From assembly GCA_034780895.1 (NCBI GenBank), contig JAUZTB010000064.1, positions 115,224,538 through 115,288,537 on the forward strand: 64,000 nt of DNA. Direction: 5' to 3'. Of this stretch, positions 63,223-64,000 are shown piece by piece (position 1 is the stretch's first letter; each line of letters begins with the position of its first letter). The notes beneath the pieces were generated by a model. That model did no database searches. It saw only the letters and a list, made by a program, of their open reading frames with translations, and was not told the DNA's origin. Origin of the DNA: Rhynchobatus australiae. Its lineage: Eukaryota. The position numbers were made by a program, and so were the translations under genes.

Positions 63223-63825
63223 CAGTAGTCGGAGGTGGAGCAGTGGTCTGGGACTGTGATAATTAGTTGGGAGGGGCTCGGATGAGTATCAGGGAGATGT
63301 GATCAGTTATTGGAGTCTGCATTTGGTTGTCTGGGGAAGTTGGTGGTCATAGGGAACATGGTAGTTGAAGATCAGTGTTCTGAGTTAGTGTGGTAGATCT
63401 GGTTGGGGCAATGGTCAAGAACATGAGGAGTGAGAAGGAAAGATCTCTAACTGTTGATGGGAGACCCAAGGTAGAGCTGTATACTTGAGATAGGTTCCTA
63501 ATGCCAAACTGGTGTCCCTCAGACAATGAGCGAGAGACACAGTCCAGTCAATTGTGCAGGAAAGAGAAGAGTATGGACTTTAATCTTTGTGCAGCTGACA
63601 GTAGAGAGCAAAAAGGTCCTGCCGATTCTAACAGTGAGGGGGCCAGAGAGTTTATTTCAGGACAAGCAGCAGACTGCCTGACACAAATGACCATCCTTGT
63701 GCAACTCATGGATTCAGTTTGGCGCAATAACGAATTGTGAAAGTGTAATTGAGCTATGAAAAAGGTATTAAAAAAAAGGCCCCCGAGCTGTGCTCGTGGG
63801 CAGTCAGAAAGAGCAGTAAACAGAG

Positions 63826-64000
63826 GGTGACTGGTGAACATCACCAATTGCCTGTCCTGGTCCAATCACATAGAAGCTGTGACCAAGAAAGCTCATCAGC
63901 ATCTCTACTTCCTCAGCAGACTAAAGAAATTTGGCATGTCCGCTTTGACACTCACCAACTTTTATTGATCAACCATAGAAAGCATCCTATCTGGGTGCAT
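63826..64000 (+). mobile_element. Rex1/Babar LINE fragment, runs off the window
   Basis: KKAHQHLYFLSRLKKFGMS..IESILSGC. Confidence 0.9.

Noticed and set aside
63501-63740. ORF with an MDFNL motif resembling a LINE endonuclease
   Set aside because: Similarity too weak to call

Overview
Draft-assembly window (many N gaps) of vertebrate non-coding DNA. The repeat content points to a cartilaginous fish, probably a ray or other batoid; this is an inference. I found no host protein-coding gene, rRNA, tRNA or CRISPR that I can support. ORF-track entries are decayed transposon coding remnants, N-spanning artefacts or chance ORFs. The window is a layered collection of decayed retroelements: Rex1/Babar LINEs (one ~2.7 kb EN+RT copy), CR1/HER1-like, RTE, L2 and an older CR1-group LINE, Penelope-like (GIY-YIG) elements, three Gypsy LTR relics, V-SINEs, Deu-SINEs and a probable MITE. 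Several repeat-free, motif-dense islands may be conserved enhancers. Most notable: (1) Penelope termini carry minimal hammerhead ribozyme motifs, arranged in tandem ~350 nt apart in three independent copies; (2) a Rex1 LINE splits a Gypsy RNase H domain; (3) V-SINEs with the same head carry two different LINE-derived tails. Family assignments come from hand translation and recalled consensus motifs, not database searches. Boundaries are approximate (tens of bp).
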